NCBI GenBank assembly: GCA_012295275.1
Contig: CM022670.1
Coordinates: forward strand, 7,998,001 to 8,062,000
DNA from: Chrysomallon squamiferum
Taxonomy: Eukaryota; Animalia; Mollusca
Reading direction: 5' to 3'
Length of the DNA stretch: 64,000 nt
Below are positions 1 to 14,013 of this stretch, piece by piece (positions within the stretch are counted from its first letter, which is position 1; each line of letters starts with the position of its first letter). The notes beneath the pieces are model-generated. The model saw only the letters and a program-made list of their open reading frames with translations, made no database searches and was not told the origin of the DNA. The position numbers and the translations under genes are program-made.

Positions 1-624
1 AATAAAAATATTTTTATTAAAAAATTTTTTTACTTCATTTATAAAAGGATTGAAGAAAAATCAGTTCATTAGATGAATGCTTTGTTAATTAAAAAGGAAA
101 GGAAAAAAAAACAACATATATTGAAAAAGTGTGTTAATAATGATGTGAATAAATATCATGTTAAAAACTTACAGCTGAATGTTTAATTTGATTTTTTTTT
201 GGTCAAAATGATGCTATTATAATAAAAATAATCTAAAAAAAATGTTTAAAAAAAAAAAAAAATTTTTTATTTATTTATTTATTTATTATTTTATATATTT
301 ATTTATCTACATTTTATTATTATTGAAGTGCATCTAAGAGGGTAAACAGCCAAAACCAGTTTTTATATATTTAAAGGTTAACAGTTCATTAATTTGTTGT
401 TACTATAGAAGTACAATAAAACTCCAGTTTAATGTTTCTCGATTTAGTTCAAAATCCAGTACAACAATACAGCTCTTTCTGTAAAGGGTTTTAGTGAATT
501 AATCTTCTTTTTGTTTTTTGAATATAACATAAAAAAAATTCTTATTTAAATTAAATGGATGCCACTTTCTGCCTTTCTTGAATAATTCTGTTTATTTTAT
601 TTATCTACTTATTTATTTATTATG

Positions 625-655
<31 letters not shown>

Positions 656-2069
656 ACATTTTATACAATCTTGATAAATAAAAAGTAATTTTGTCCATGT
701 TTTTTTGTTTTTTTTTTTGAAAATAGAAATATTTGATGGACATATAAATATACATGCTAACATCTAAAAGCTAAATAAATGAGTAACACCAATAATTAAT
801 TATGTAAAACATTTGTAATTAAATTACAAAACATATTTATCTTTATTCTCCATTTTTTTTTAAATTTTTTTATTACTGTTATATGCTATAAAACTATTTT
901 GAATGTATAACAAAAAACACAAAGTAACAAAATTTTCTTTACTTTCAGATATACATTTTTCAACAACAATCTTAATATTTAATCTACAAAATATTCAATC
1001 TATTTAAATCTACTGTTTTATTAAGAACTTACGGTATCTACTAAAATTATAATTCCAGACTTTATACTTAAGCTCTATTATACTAACTAAAATAAAAATC
1101 TGAATGTGTACCTCACCTGTCTTTTTATATATCCGTAGAGTTTGTTCTTCAAGCAATCAACCAAAATATTTACATGAAATATATACAGCCTTATTTATAG
1201 ACAAAGTACTTTACACTTAAGGACTGAAAACCCTTCATTGTGTTACATTTGAGTCTTCTTTGAATAATACAAGGAAAGTTAATATCAGTGGAAAAAGTTA
1301 AGTATCAGGCTAAACAAACCATAAAAATAGTAAAATCATATCAATCATTATCAATTAGGTCAACAAGGCAATAAAAACCAGATCATAAACAGTTTCATGG
1401 GAATCAAATGAAGTGAAAAAACCACGTAACTGTATATAAATGAGTTTTAAGTACCTGTGTATTTTCGTTTGATTTTTTTATTTATTTTTTATTTCAGCTG
1501 TATTGTTGTTTGGGGGGGGTGCTGGTGGAGGGGTTAGTGGTTTATTTATTGTTGTTTGTTTTTTAGCTTTGAAACTGAATTTTTTTTTTTTTTTTTTTCT
1601 TAATTTTAAAATTGTTTATTTTCTTTTTCTTTCCATCTTTTTTTTTTTTTTCTTTTTTTTTTAAAAATTTTTAAATCATAATTCTTACATCTATATATTT
1701 CTGCTGTCTTGTTTTTTTTTTTTTTTCTTTTTTTTTGAAGTGTGTTTATTGGGTTCTCTCACTTTTTAAACTGATTTTGTCTTTTCAGTTAACAGTGATC
1801 TTCTTTTCACTGGAATTTGACAATTTTTAGTTTAATGACATTCCAGTCAATGCTTTTCTGAACAAAGATGTCTGGTGCAATAATATTTTTATCAATTATT
1901 TCTCTGATAATTTTTTTGCTCAACAATTTTTCATGCAAATATTATTAACTTCTGACACCATCTGTCACAATTTTCTAGATCTGGATATCAAGATATTAGA
2001 CTGCAAAAATGGAGGCACTCTGATACAATTTGAAAGTTCTCTTAACATTTTGTCTTTATATCAAACTAG

Positions 2070-2070
<1 letters not shown>

Positions 2071-2136
<66 letters not shown>
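2071..2136. repeat. (CA)n microsatellite
   Basis: Direct reading. Confidence 0.98.
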
Positions 2137-2139
<3 letters not shown>

Positions 2140-2982
2140 TATATGCATCATCATACTTATGCAAACCTACAAATACACACAATAATTATTAATTTTGGTG
2201 TTTTTTACATTGGACATCAGGCTTTACAGCATGACAGAAATTCAAACTCTGCTTAACTCCTGAAATTGTTTCAACTGTAGTTTGATAACAACGAGGGTCA
2301 AAAAGTGTATTTAAAATATATTATACCATTATGTGAAAATCGTTCAAATTAAAATTTAAAAAATAAAAAATAAAAATAAAAATTAATAAAAATAAATTAT
2401 ATGGTGTAATTTGGTACAGTGTTTTGATTTATGTATTTGAAATTCAATATCATTTCATATATCTGGATACGGTTTTCAGTTAATTAAAAAAAATTAATAA
2501 TAATGATAAATGAACAAAATAAAAATGAACAAAACAAAATAACCAGAAAATAAACAAAATGTTAAACAAATTTATATATAAAATAATAAAATAAAATAAA
2601 ACCAGAAATTAATAAATAAAAGAAATTTGATTTTAAAATCACAAATAAATAAGTAATATAATAAACTAAAATAAACATAAATCAAAAGCAACACATTAAA
2701 AAAAACTTTATCTAACATTTTTCTAACAAAATTTAATACTCACCTAAAATATATACAACAAAATGGTTTCTTTTATCAGCACTCTGATGTTAGTCACAAA
2801 AGGCTATTTTTCAGCATACAAAAGTTTTCTTTTTCTTTTAATTTATACCACTTAACCACAATCACATGACAGGATCATATTCTATATTTATATTTTTTTC
2901 TGAAAAAAAACAACATAAATTAGTCATATATATGGCTTTGTAATTTATTCATGAAAGAAAACACCGGTAATCAAATACAAAC

Positions 2983-3063
2983 CTGTCGAATGGAATTTTG
3001 AGGATTGTCTACAGTTAGAGAAGGTGTAACAAAGAACTCATGGGAAAACAAACTTGAGTTCAT
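2983..3063 (-). CDS. Candidate first coding exon of an unidentified minus-strand gene (MNSSLFSHEFFVTPSLTVDNPQNSIRQ)
   Basis: ATG in aacATGA context, 27 open codons, CAG|gtttgt donor, about 0.9 kb downstream of the YY1-like motif. No homology recognised. Confidence 0.3.
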
Positions 3064-3663
3064 GTTACAACAAAAACTTTCAGTGAATGGAAATTTGTTA
3101 TTGGTGAACTCTCAAATAAGTACTGATAATATATACAAATATACTGGATAAACACCTGGTCAAGGTGGGTATCTAAGAACAATACAATTTGAATTTTCTT
3201 CTCAAGTTTTGGAGTTAAAACGGTGAAGGCTTGAAGGCTGATAGGACCAAAGATCAAATCTTGTTAGATGTGGCAAAATTTAATTTTTATTTTCATTCTA
3301 AACATAATATACATATTTTAAATATAATAATAATAATAACAAGAAGAAGAAGAATATATATATATATATTAACACCATAACAAGAAGTTATGTCTATAAT
3401 ATATACTTTATCTTTCACTGTCGATAAATCTGTATGGCAATACAATGAGAACAGAGCCAGACATCCGTTAAAACATTCTTTAAATAGAAATAATTAAGTA
3501 TATTATCGGTAAAGCCAATCCAAGATAAATATTTGTTTGTTTGGTAAACTTAAAGTTTAGATTGTTCAAATAACACGGAAGATATTTAGATCGATTAGTG
3601 AAGGCACGAAAGTTCACCAAGTAATTCGGATATTTACTTCATATAATATACGAATTTTTAAAA

Positions 3664-3696
<33 letters not shown>

Positions 3697-3974
3697 ACTT
3701 ATAAGTAATTTGATGTATACTATAAAAAAGAAAATAAAGTATTCATGCCATCCTTTTAACATAAAAAATACTGTTCAAAATTAATTGATCTTCATTTCGT
3801 TATAACTGTTACGTGAAAATCATGCATCATATTTAATTTTTAAAATTATTTACGCTTAGAATAAACAAATAAATTTAAATTTAAATATAAATAAAAAAAA
3901 CTCTTAACTTTAAATCATAACTTATTTAGTTTTTTTTTTTTTTTTTTTTTTTAAATATGTTTTTCCATTCCACT

Positions 3975-3996
3975 TTCTTTCGGCAGCCATTTTTGA
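3975..3996 (-). promoter_or_regulatory. YY1-like TSS-proximal motif (AAAATGGCTGCCG) of a putative minus-strand gene
   Basis: The reverse complement reads tcaaaaATGGCTGCCGAAAG and lies in a CpG-retaining zone; the YY1 consensus is AANATGGCG/T. Confidence 0.45.
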
Positions 3997-5283
3997 AAAA
4001 TGAATGACTGGTGTGAACGTAACACAAATATCAAGAGATAAACATGCGGTTTTTTTACTCTCAACTTCATTATTTCTAAGACTGTAAATTGATAAATCTA
4101 AATCAACCAATTTATGATAGCATCAATTATGTTATATAATATATTTAGGTTATCGTTGTTACGGGGTTTTTTTTGGTGTGTATTTTTTTTTTTTTTATTT
4201 TTTTTTTTTTTTTTATTTTTTATTATTATTATTATTATTATTATGTGTGAGTCAGTTTTTTTCGTCTTCTTCTTTTTTAATTTTTTTAATTTTTAATTTT
4301 TTATTTTTTGAGAAATTGCTCATAAATAAAGACCGGACTGAAAGTAAAAATATCGCTTCAAGTCTAGTCAGTGGTTCAGTTATTCACATTGGCTGCGATC
4401 TACATACTACATATACAATTTTTCTTCTGATGCCAGGATGAAGTTGAATAAAACTGAGTAACTATATTATATGTTCGTTTGTTGTTGTTGTTGTTGTTGT
4501 TGTGTTTTTTTGTTGTTGCTGTTATTATTTGTTTATTTATTTAATTTATACACAAGAAAAATATATACAAATAAAAATTTAAAAATGACTAAGCTCTGCA
4601 AGGCTTTTCTTAATAACAAGCAAATTCATATAAATTCAACAATTTTATGCAGTCCCTATTTTAACTTAAGTGTTAATTAAAATTTAACAGTTTAATTCCT
4701 CCAAACAAAAATTTCAGGTCCAGGCATACTTACGAAATGTGATAATTACAAGGTATTTATATATATATATATAAAAAAACTTCGTAGTAATTATCATGCA
4801 GAACACTATTTTCTTTCTCTTTTTTTTTTTTTTTTTTTAATCTTCTCTTTTTCTTTTTTCTTAATTGCAAATACTGATTACGTAATTTATATATTTGCGT
4901 CACTAGAATATGTTGTATGATCTTAAGAATAATGGAGACTTCTAAAATAAAACTCGATTACACAAGCAGGAGAGTTTTAATAATTTAAATAAATAAACAA
5001 AATTCTGTGTTTATAAATTTATACTATGTCTACGGAATAAATATTTTTTATTCTCACTCTCTCTCATTTTTATTTTTTATTTTCTTACAAATACATTTTT
5101 AAAACAATGAAAGATGAATGTTTGGGAAATACGTGTTTCAAATGGTTTAACCAATGAGAAAGACTTTGTGGTTGTGTGATCATGTAAAAATGGGAACCTC
5201 TAAAATCCAAACTCAGTGTCAGAGAATTAGCTTTTACAATATATATTTTACATACATGTAAATAAAAATAAATTAATTAAATG

Positions 5284-5314
<31 letters not shown>

Positions 5315-6929
5315 AATAATAGAAGGTACAATAAAGAAAATATTCTTAATTTTTAAATTAGCAAGTGAAGAAATTTTTTGTAAATCCTCTGTCTGCTTTC
5401 AGTGTAGGTGCATGTGTGTGTGTTCTTTTACCGTCGAAATTAGAAACATGTTTCTTGACATCATTTAGGAGTCAGCTATTTTTATTTCTGTCTCTGCTTT
5501 TCTTTACTAGTCATTTTTTCAGTATCCTCTATCCGCTTATAATTAAAGTTTGCAGCGTACTGAAATGACCGAATTTGCTTTCAATGAAATGTGAATACAG
5601 TAAGATTCGATACCATCATAAAAATCGGAACAACAAAACACACGTCTAAATGCCATTTCGATAGAGGCATTAATAAATTTATGTAGCAAATAAATTATAT
5701 TTTCACTTGGTAACACAAAAGATTTTAAATATTTATTTCCCAGACTGAGTTAAATAAGTAAAACAACGAAGACAGCACGGTTCTGGTTGATTTGTTTTTG
5801 CACCTGTATTATCAAAGAACGCTCACAATTTATTATATAGGGAGAACATAGAATAATTTCAGTTCATATATAAAGACCCAAAGGCATTTTGGGAGGTTTC
5901 TTACATAAATTAATATTTTTATTTCATCGCAGCAGAAGTGTTGCCAGTACTGACATATTCAAAAACAAGGTAACAACAGCAACAACTACAACAATAATAA
6001 AAATAAATTGAACTCCTTTATAACTGCTTTGTGTCAGAAAATGATATGGATCAAGCTGCGGCCATAATGGACTTTAATGATGTTACCGAATGAGAGTGGT
6101 TAGAATTAATATCTCGGCAAAATGATTTTTTTGTTTTGTTAAAATGTGGAACTATGATCAGCTACAGAAATCGATGCCGTTTCCGTTACCCATGAGATTC
6201 CCCGTAAAGTAATCACGTCCACCTTGAAGTTATACGAGTGATCATTTACACATCATTACTGATCTTTCAGCAAACGATTATGGAGAACTTTGTGGATTTA
6301 TATTTCTTCTCCAGAAAGAGCATTATACTAAAATTATCGCTTAACAGATCCTTTCGATAATGTCGACAATAAGTATTATCTGAATAAGTTGGAAAGAAAA
6401 AAAAGGTGCGTTTTAATCAATGATTATATAGAATGAGCTGAGGAAACTCACTCTGTTATTCTCCAGTACATTCGTAAAACATTCATTTAACGTCGTACTC
6501 CTATCTTTTCGGTCACTTCCCCCCCCCACCCCGATTCCTCCAAGATTATAGACATAAAATTCGTGCCATAATCGATATGATCTCATTTATTATGGTAACT
6601 GTTAGACGCCAATGAAATACAATTTTCGTGGGAACCTTTAACTTTTCCCAGGCACATAATGGCAGCTGAATAATGAATTTGATTAAAAAAATATTAATAA
6701 ATAAATAAATTTAAAAAAACCCTACAATTTACAGCTGACATTAAATTTCGGTAATGCACCTGGTTATATTTTATATAAAGTATATGTTTCAAACTTTTAA
6801 GAAAAAGATAATTAAATCGACCATAAATATGATTTTATCGCGGGTAACGAGATTAAATGGCTCTAAAATTCAGTCGTTTTTACTTCACTTGGTCTTAATG
6901 ACGCCAACGTTATGACTGTTACGGGAATC

Positions 6930-6956
6930 AATATGGCGGCTTCCGGTCTGTTAGTA
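6930..6956 (+). promoter_or_regulatory. YY1+ETS composite (AATATGGCGGC-TTCCGG), typical of a housekeeping TSS, followed by possible donor sites gttagt/gtatga
   Basis: caatatggcggcttccggtctgttagtatga near the right edge of the CpG-retaining zone; an octamer ATTTGCAT lies at 7019. Confidence 0.5.
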
Positions 6957-7569
6957 TGATAGTCATTGGATCTTATGATGCTAGAAATGGCTGAATTTTC
7001 TTTTCATAAACGACTCTTATTTGCATTTAATGACAATTATGACATAATTTAAATATCTGAGGATTGGTGTCTGAATGCCAAACGCCTTTTCTTCGGCAGT
7101 CCAGGAAATTGTTATAATAAGGAAGAAGAATGTAATAATAAAATCAGAAGTGAATTTACTGTTTATGAGATGCGTCTGATGTTTGCCTGTTTATTGTCGG
7201 ATATTGACTGCTGAAGTTAAATGAGCTGACTGAACGTCCACATTGAATACATCCAATTATTTATAGTCTGGAACAACTAAAAATGTCAAGTAATGGATAG
7301 AAACTGGACAAGTTAGAAATTGTGTGCACGATCTGTTAATTACTGTGTTTTTAACAACAGATGCCAAAGTTCTCAGTATGTTTGGCATAGATAAAATTTT
7401 ATGGCAACATGCATTCAGAATTTTTCTCATTAATAAACTGTAAAATATTTTCCCAATTTTCAGCATCAGGAAAATAATGAAGCTACAATACTAGAGCATT
7501 ATTTTCTGCATCATCAAGAATTGATGTTGATACATTTTCAATATTTTCTGTAAAACAACATTAATCCAG

Positions 7570-8070
7570 ACATAAAGGGCTTGGAGCAATCTTACCTCAG
7601 AGTACATCAAGGACATGCTGGAACTGTACAGGCCAAATAGGACTCTATGATCACAGAATTGATTAAGATTAGTAACACCAAGAATAAGAAGAACTACAAA
7701 GAGCCAGAGAAGTTTCAGTTATGCTGCACTGACTTTGTGGAATTCACTCCCAAGTAATATCAGGGAGCCTGAAACAACTACATTCAAAACACTACTTAAG
7801 ACCCATTTCTTTCAAATCCTCTGTTTAAATATATATTGTTATGTTTTATTTTTCCAGTTTTAAAATGTTCAAGCTAGTCTAATGCTTATCTTATCCCATT
7901 TTGATATGTGACATTTATTTTTACCACCATTATAGTATGTTTACTATTATGTTTACATTTATTTTAATGTTTATGTTGATGTCGTTTTATATTTTAAATT
8001 ATTAGTTTACACTGTAAAGCATCTTGGAACTTGCTTAGTATGGAAAAGGTGCTTAATAAATATGGTATAA
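7570..8070 (+). mobile_element. 5'-truncated, decayed LINE (L2/CR1 group): ORF2 C-terminus plus 3'UTR
   Basis: Translates as SEYIKDMLELYRPNRTL*SQN*LRLVTPRIRRTTKSQRSFSYAALTLWNSLPSNIREPETTTFKTLLKTHFF, the L2-type tail (RxLRS...RAFSxAAPxLWNSLP...FKxxLKTHLF). Ends in the L2-like terminus tgtaaagcatcttgga...aaaaggtgcttaataaat at about 8013-8062. Confidence 0.88.
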
Positions 8071-11000
8071 TGTATTTTTTTGTTAGTTTCAGCTAATTTG
8101 AGTATGTATTTGTTATTTAAGAAATAAAGATCTAAACAGTTTATCCTGTTGGATACCTGTGTCTAAATTAGCTAGTTTCATCAGATTTACACCTGCTAAC
8201 ATTCATATATATTACAAAACTAAAACAACTGAAAACTAAAATGAAAACAAGCCAACTCAAAAACTCATCAAATATTTATTCGAACTTAATTCAGTGTTGC
8301 ATTTCTAAATTGTCATATGTATACATTTATATATATATATATGCATCGATGTATACATAATACCTTGCTATATTGCCAAAGCTATGCACAGCAATGACCT
8401 GACAACATGAAATGGAAGCTTGAAAAAACAAAAAAGAAAAAAAATAATAATAAGAAAGAAAATAAAGCATATAATGAAACATACACAACCTTCGGAATGA
8501 CGTGTACATTAAAATAATCACATTCGAGCAATGAAAACATAAATATTGCAGAGCCTTGCATTGTGCTACAACAACTGTACAAATTATGCCACAAAAATCC
8601 ATTGTCAGCACATTTTAAAATTTCTTGGTTTTTTTATTTTATTTTATTTTATTTAAAATATACAACAATCTGTTTTTTGTTATTGTTTGATGTAAGTCCA
8701 ATAACCAAGAAATAAGAAATAAAATGCAAAATAATAAGGCGATTATAATTTGAGCGGGCATGGCCAGGGGAGAGTTGATGGTTAATGGTAAACAATAAAT
8801 TAAAAATAATACACCTTTGTTTCTGGTACACTGAGACATTGTTATGACAAAATGATCATCATGGTGAAGACAGAAAAAAAAAAAAAAATAAAGATGACTT
8901 GGAAGTGGACTTTCAGTTGCAAGTATGACTGCATTCATAAAGGAATTTCTCCTTTTAGAACACAGTGGTCAATGATATTTTTCTGTCTTTGAAAATTTAA
9001 AATCATTCAAGGCCCAGTGAAATTCAAATTCTGTCCTTAAAAAAAATAAAAAATAATAATAATAAATTCTCATTTTCTTTTCTACATGCAGCCATTTCTT
9101 TTGAGTTATGCATAGTGCAATTTTTTTTTTTTTTTAAATATATGAAACTTAAATAAATAAATAAATAAAAATAAAAACAGTGTCTAGGGGAAGAAAAGGG
9201 TAACAAAGTAAAATGCCAATAAACTATTATAGCAGAAAGCGGTCAGACTGACTAAAGTGTTAAATGACTTAATATATACACATCACATTAGAATTGACAG
9301 GCCAACTGAAACATCACAGACAGTTCCTAAGTCAAAATTAACATTTCATCTTGTAAAATAGGCTTTGTCAAAATTCCTATTTTACCACATTTGATTCTGT
9401 TTATCTAAATTAAAGTGTTGTGGAAATGTGTGTGAAATATTTTTATTTTACTAGCAAGAATTAATATTCACATCTGACTGTCTACTACACTTTATTTAAT
9501 AGTTTATTTTTCTTCATTAATTCTAACAGCACTGGATTTAAATATTTCACATCCTTTTGACTTACAACTTGTCATTATTTTATTATCATTATTTAAAATA
9601 ATTTTTTTGTGTTTTTCCTTTACTAAACAATAGATAAAAAAAAAATAATAAATAAAATAAATAAACGAATAAATAAATAAAATAAAATAAAACAAAATCA
9701 AACTTACAAATATGAATTGTTAAGTACTAATATAAATCATGCCAATTCTATATGAATATTAAACTAAAGTTGATTCAGAATAATTTTCAAGAATAACATT
9801 TGAAATCTTTAAGAAATTCCAAAATCATTATAAAATAATAAATATCAATAGAAATGGCTGCTTGATGGTTGACAATCAAAATAAAGTTTTAGTGGATTGT
9901 CATTGGCAATATTCATCAGATAAAAAAAACAAACACTTAAAAATGAAAAATAAACAGTCTAGGTACCTGACCTTTTTCTATAGCTACAAAATAAAACAAA
10001 ACAAAAATTATATAAATACTTGGTGGTGGTGGTTGTTTTTTGTTTGTTTTAAAAGCAAAAAGAAGAAGGAAAAAAGATAATATGAAATTATTGCAAACAT
10101 TCACATAATACAATAATTCAGTTTGTATTTTTATATCTAAAAACAGAAACTACACTTCATACTGTGTGTGAAAATCTATGTATCAAACTACAAGGAACTT
10201 GAACTAAAAAAAAAAAAATAAAGAAAGAAATACCCACCCCCCCAAAAAGTGGATTTTTTAAAACAAGATTATGTATACATTTCAAAACATGACACAAAAT
10301 TAGCTATAAAAAGTAAAATTCAAACGTACAATGTCATTATTTCCAGGTAAACAGTTATTACGGTTTGACTGGAAAATATTATTCATTAAAAAATGAAATG
10401 TTTTTGAAGTAAATTCAGTTCAACAATTAAAAATGACGTTAACACTAAATTCATTTTATTTCGTGTTGTCAATCTCTTTGCTTGATTATTTGTCACAGGT
10501 AACTCTATTACCTTTAACGATCTTTGATTGCACTTGGAACATTATTTCAAAGACAAAGTAATAGTAATAATTATCAAAAAGACAAAAACGTGTGTTAGTA
10601 ACCAGACTAAATAAAAGTAAAAAAAAGAACATCTGTGTACAAGAAAATGTGGCTGGATTTACTCACAGTTTGTGGTCACTGACTGTGTCAAGATTTGATA
10701 TCAGGAGAACAAATGTGACATACAACTAAAAAATGTAATTTATAAAAAACTGAAATAAAACAGCAGCTGAGACTTCAAAGTCAGAAAGTGGTTCTAAAAA
10801 TGTCATTAATATTTGTTTCATATCATCTCTACATATTCCCATAGCTGAAGGCTTTCATGTAATGATTTGAAAGTGCTAATGGAAATAGTTATACTTTAAA
10901 AAAAAAAAAATATATGAAAGGTAAGACATTATTTTTCACGTCATATCAAAATAAACAGAAATCATTTTAATCAAACATGAACATCACACAAAACATCAAA

Positions 11001-11420
11001 AAAATTATAAAAAAGATTTGTTTTTAATTATTTTACTAATCTATATTATGACCATTGCTTCATAATTTTATATAAATAACTTTAAAATCTATATATACAC
11101 ACTTTTAAAAATATATTTTTTGATACATCTGTGAAATCTGTGTAACCATAACTTTCAGATTTGACTGACAGAATACTTAATAAAAAGAGAAGAAAACTGT
11201 ATTCATAATAAAAGCATCAACAGCAAAAAAATTTACCAAAATATTTTCTTTTAAATATTTTATTCTATATATTCTGTACCTAATAATATAACTGTAAGAT
11301 GCAGAATTGAGAAGACTGCCTGAATAATAAAATATGTTAAAAATATAATTTTGTATTTCAAATCCAGTATATACACAAAGAAATTCTTCTTAATTAATGA
11401 AAGAGAAAATTATTACAAAA

Positions 11421-11459
<39 letters not shown>

Positions 11460-12978
11460 CAAACACTTAAATAACTTATCTGAATAGGGTGACATAAATT
11501 TTGTTTTCAATTCTCTTGGCAATAAAAATAATTTTAATTTATAGACTCAGTCTTTTGGGGTTTGTGTACTGATTTAAAATAATTTTAAGGTGTTTTTCTT
11601 TTTTTACCAAAAAGCAGTAAATATAATTAATATCAGCAAAAACGTTACATAACTTTGGATTAATATTAATAAAATAAAATAAAAAATTCAAAATTAAATT
11701 AATGAAAAATTAAATCTCTAATTATTTTTTTTCCTATAAAATGTTCATGGTTACACCTAACAAATACAATGACCTAGTATGTTTTCACCGGACGATATAA
11801 AGAACAATATAAATATAGAATTCTGAGACAATTAATGTGTCACTGACTAAAAAAGAAAAAAAAAATTAATCCTTTAAGCATTAACCTAATTTTGCAATAA
11901 TACCCAGAAACTGCACTTGTATTGTACAAGAATCATCAACATAAAGCTTATGTTGTCATTTTTACATACAGATGTATCCTGCATTCTGATTGGTTCATTC
12001 ACATTTTGTTTAAGCAAAAAAAAAAAAGACTTACATTAAGGAACCAATATATCACAAAACAATGATGTTTTTTTTTTTTTTTTTTTTTTAACTATTACAA
12101 ATATTGGTTTGCTAGGGCTGGCTGATGGTGTTACAAATAATTTCTTGGACCTAATATCTGATAAATGGAAAGACTTAGACTCAAAACTGACTCAGGAAGA
12201 CTAAGTATTAAAATGTTTGTGCTTCACATTAAAAAAAAAAAATAAAAAAATAAAAGATAAATAAATAAATAAAGATAAATATCCCAATAATCGTATCAAT
12301 TTTGATGTTAATTTTACATTTTTCGTACATTTTTCAAATAAATACTTAATACTATGAAACTGTATCACATATATTTTATGAGCATCTATCAAGATAATTT
12401 ATAATGAAATTTTTCTTTTCTCTATTTTAAATAATTGAATGCAGTACTTTGAGTTTTAGCTGACAGATATATTTAAAAAAAAAAAAAAAATTAAAAAAAA
12501 TAAACATTTAATAACATGTACAGAAGGAAAAAATTAAAAAAACAGTAAATTAAATTAATGAAACTGACAACTTTTAACAGAAAATAAACTTGTATAAATA
12601 AAAATAACAACAAAGAAGGCTGACAGTAATAAATATCAATGTGGCAAAAGGCAAAGATATTTTGTTATTCAATTTATATATTTTAATTCACAAAAACGTG
12701 CTGTACATTTTAAATTTTTTAAGTTAACTATTGTAGCATTTATTTATTTATTTATTTATATTTTACATGTATCTTAACCACAGCCTCTATGTAAAAATCA
12801 CATCACAGACATTTACTGAAAGAAAAACAATTAAGTATCTTATCACACTTTTAATTGTTAAAAAAGGCGATTTCAGATTGTTTAGAAAATAATTTACTTT
12901 TTATGTAATTAAAAAAGTTTCTATTTGACTAACAGTTATAAATATGTAAATTTTGTGCATCTAATAGGGAGATGGTGT

Positions 12979-12988
12979 GTGGTTGTGC

Positions 12989-13046
<58 letters not shown>

Positions 13047-13052
13047 AATAAA
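12979..13052. repeat. (TAA)n/(TAAA)n microsatellite
   Basis: Direct reading. Confidence 0.95.
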
Positions 13053-13982
13053 AAATACATAATAAAAAGAAGATAAAAAAGAAGATAAAAAATTGTTCTA
13101 AAATATGTAATTGTGATTTTTTACTTTTTAAGTGAATATTTTTAAGTAGTGAATGCAAAATGTTTTATAAGTACGAGTCTTCTGTAATAAATTAATAAGA
13201 TTTACTTTATCACAGTAATAAAATTCACTGTTAATTTTTTTTAAAAGTATTATTATTTACAATTATTTAAATTTCCTAAAATGAGCTAACAATCTGTTTT
13301 AAACAGAAGCAGTAGCAGTAGCAGTAACAGAAGTAATAGTAGTAGTAGTAGTAGTAGTAGTAAATAATTTTGCTAAACAGGAAAACAGATTTTGTTTTTC
13401 TTTACAAAAAAAAAAAAATATATATATATATTATATATTCAACAGAAAAAAAAAATCAAGGAAAATAATGATAAATAATATTAATGAAAATATTACATAC
13501 ACAGAGGCTTGTGTTATATACATTATGGAACTGAATTCGATTGATAGATTAAAAGTATTAAACAATTACTGATTTAAATACTGATTTATTTATTTATTTA
13601 TTTACATATATATAAAGAAAATGACAGAAAAACAACAAAAAACCCCACCATTTTATACTTTTACCAATCAAGAGTATTTTACAAAGGGGATTCCAATTTA
13701 CAGAATGTAATTTATAGTACTTGTCTATCAATAAAATAAATAAATAAATAAATAAATAAATAAATATATAAATAACATTTTCTATTTTAAATTAATATGA
13801 AGTTTACAAAGTTAAAATGCCCTGCTGCATGGATTTTTTTTATTAGAAATATTAAAAGATTTTTATTTTGAAAATATAATTATCTTGTTTTAATAAATGT
13901 TACATCACCAAGTACTTCAGTATTACACTGCTAATTATTAAAAAATAAATTTGCTTTTATATCATCATCATCATCGTTATTA

Positions 13983-14013
<31 letters not shown>

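Noticed and set aside
1831-2256. Plus-strand ORF containing NFLDLDIKI, faintly like a Penelope-type RT motif
   Set aside because: There is no YxDD or other RT motif, and the ORF is lengthened by a (CA)n tract; too weak without a search.
7023-7078. Possible C/D snoRNA (GCATT...AATGC stem, CTGA boxes)
   Set aside because: The box C match is poor, the length is only about 55 nt, and no rRNA guide was recognised.
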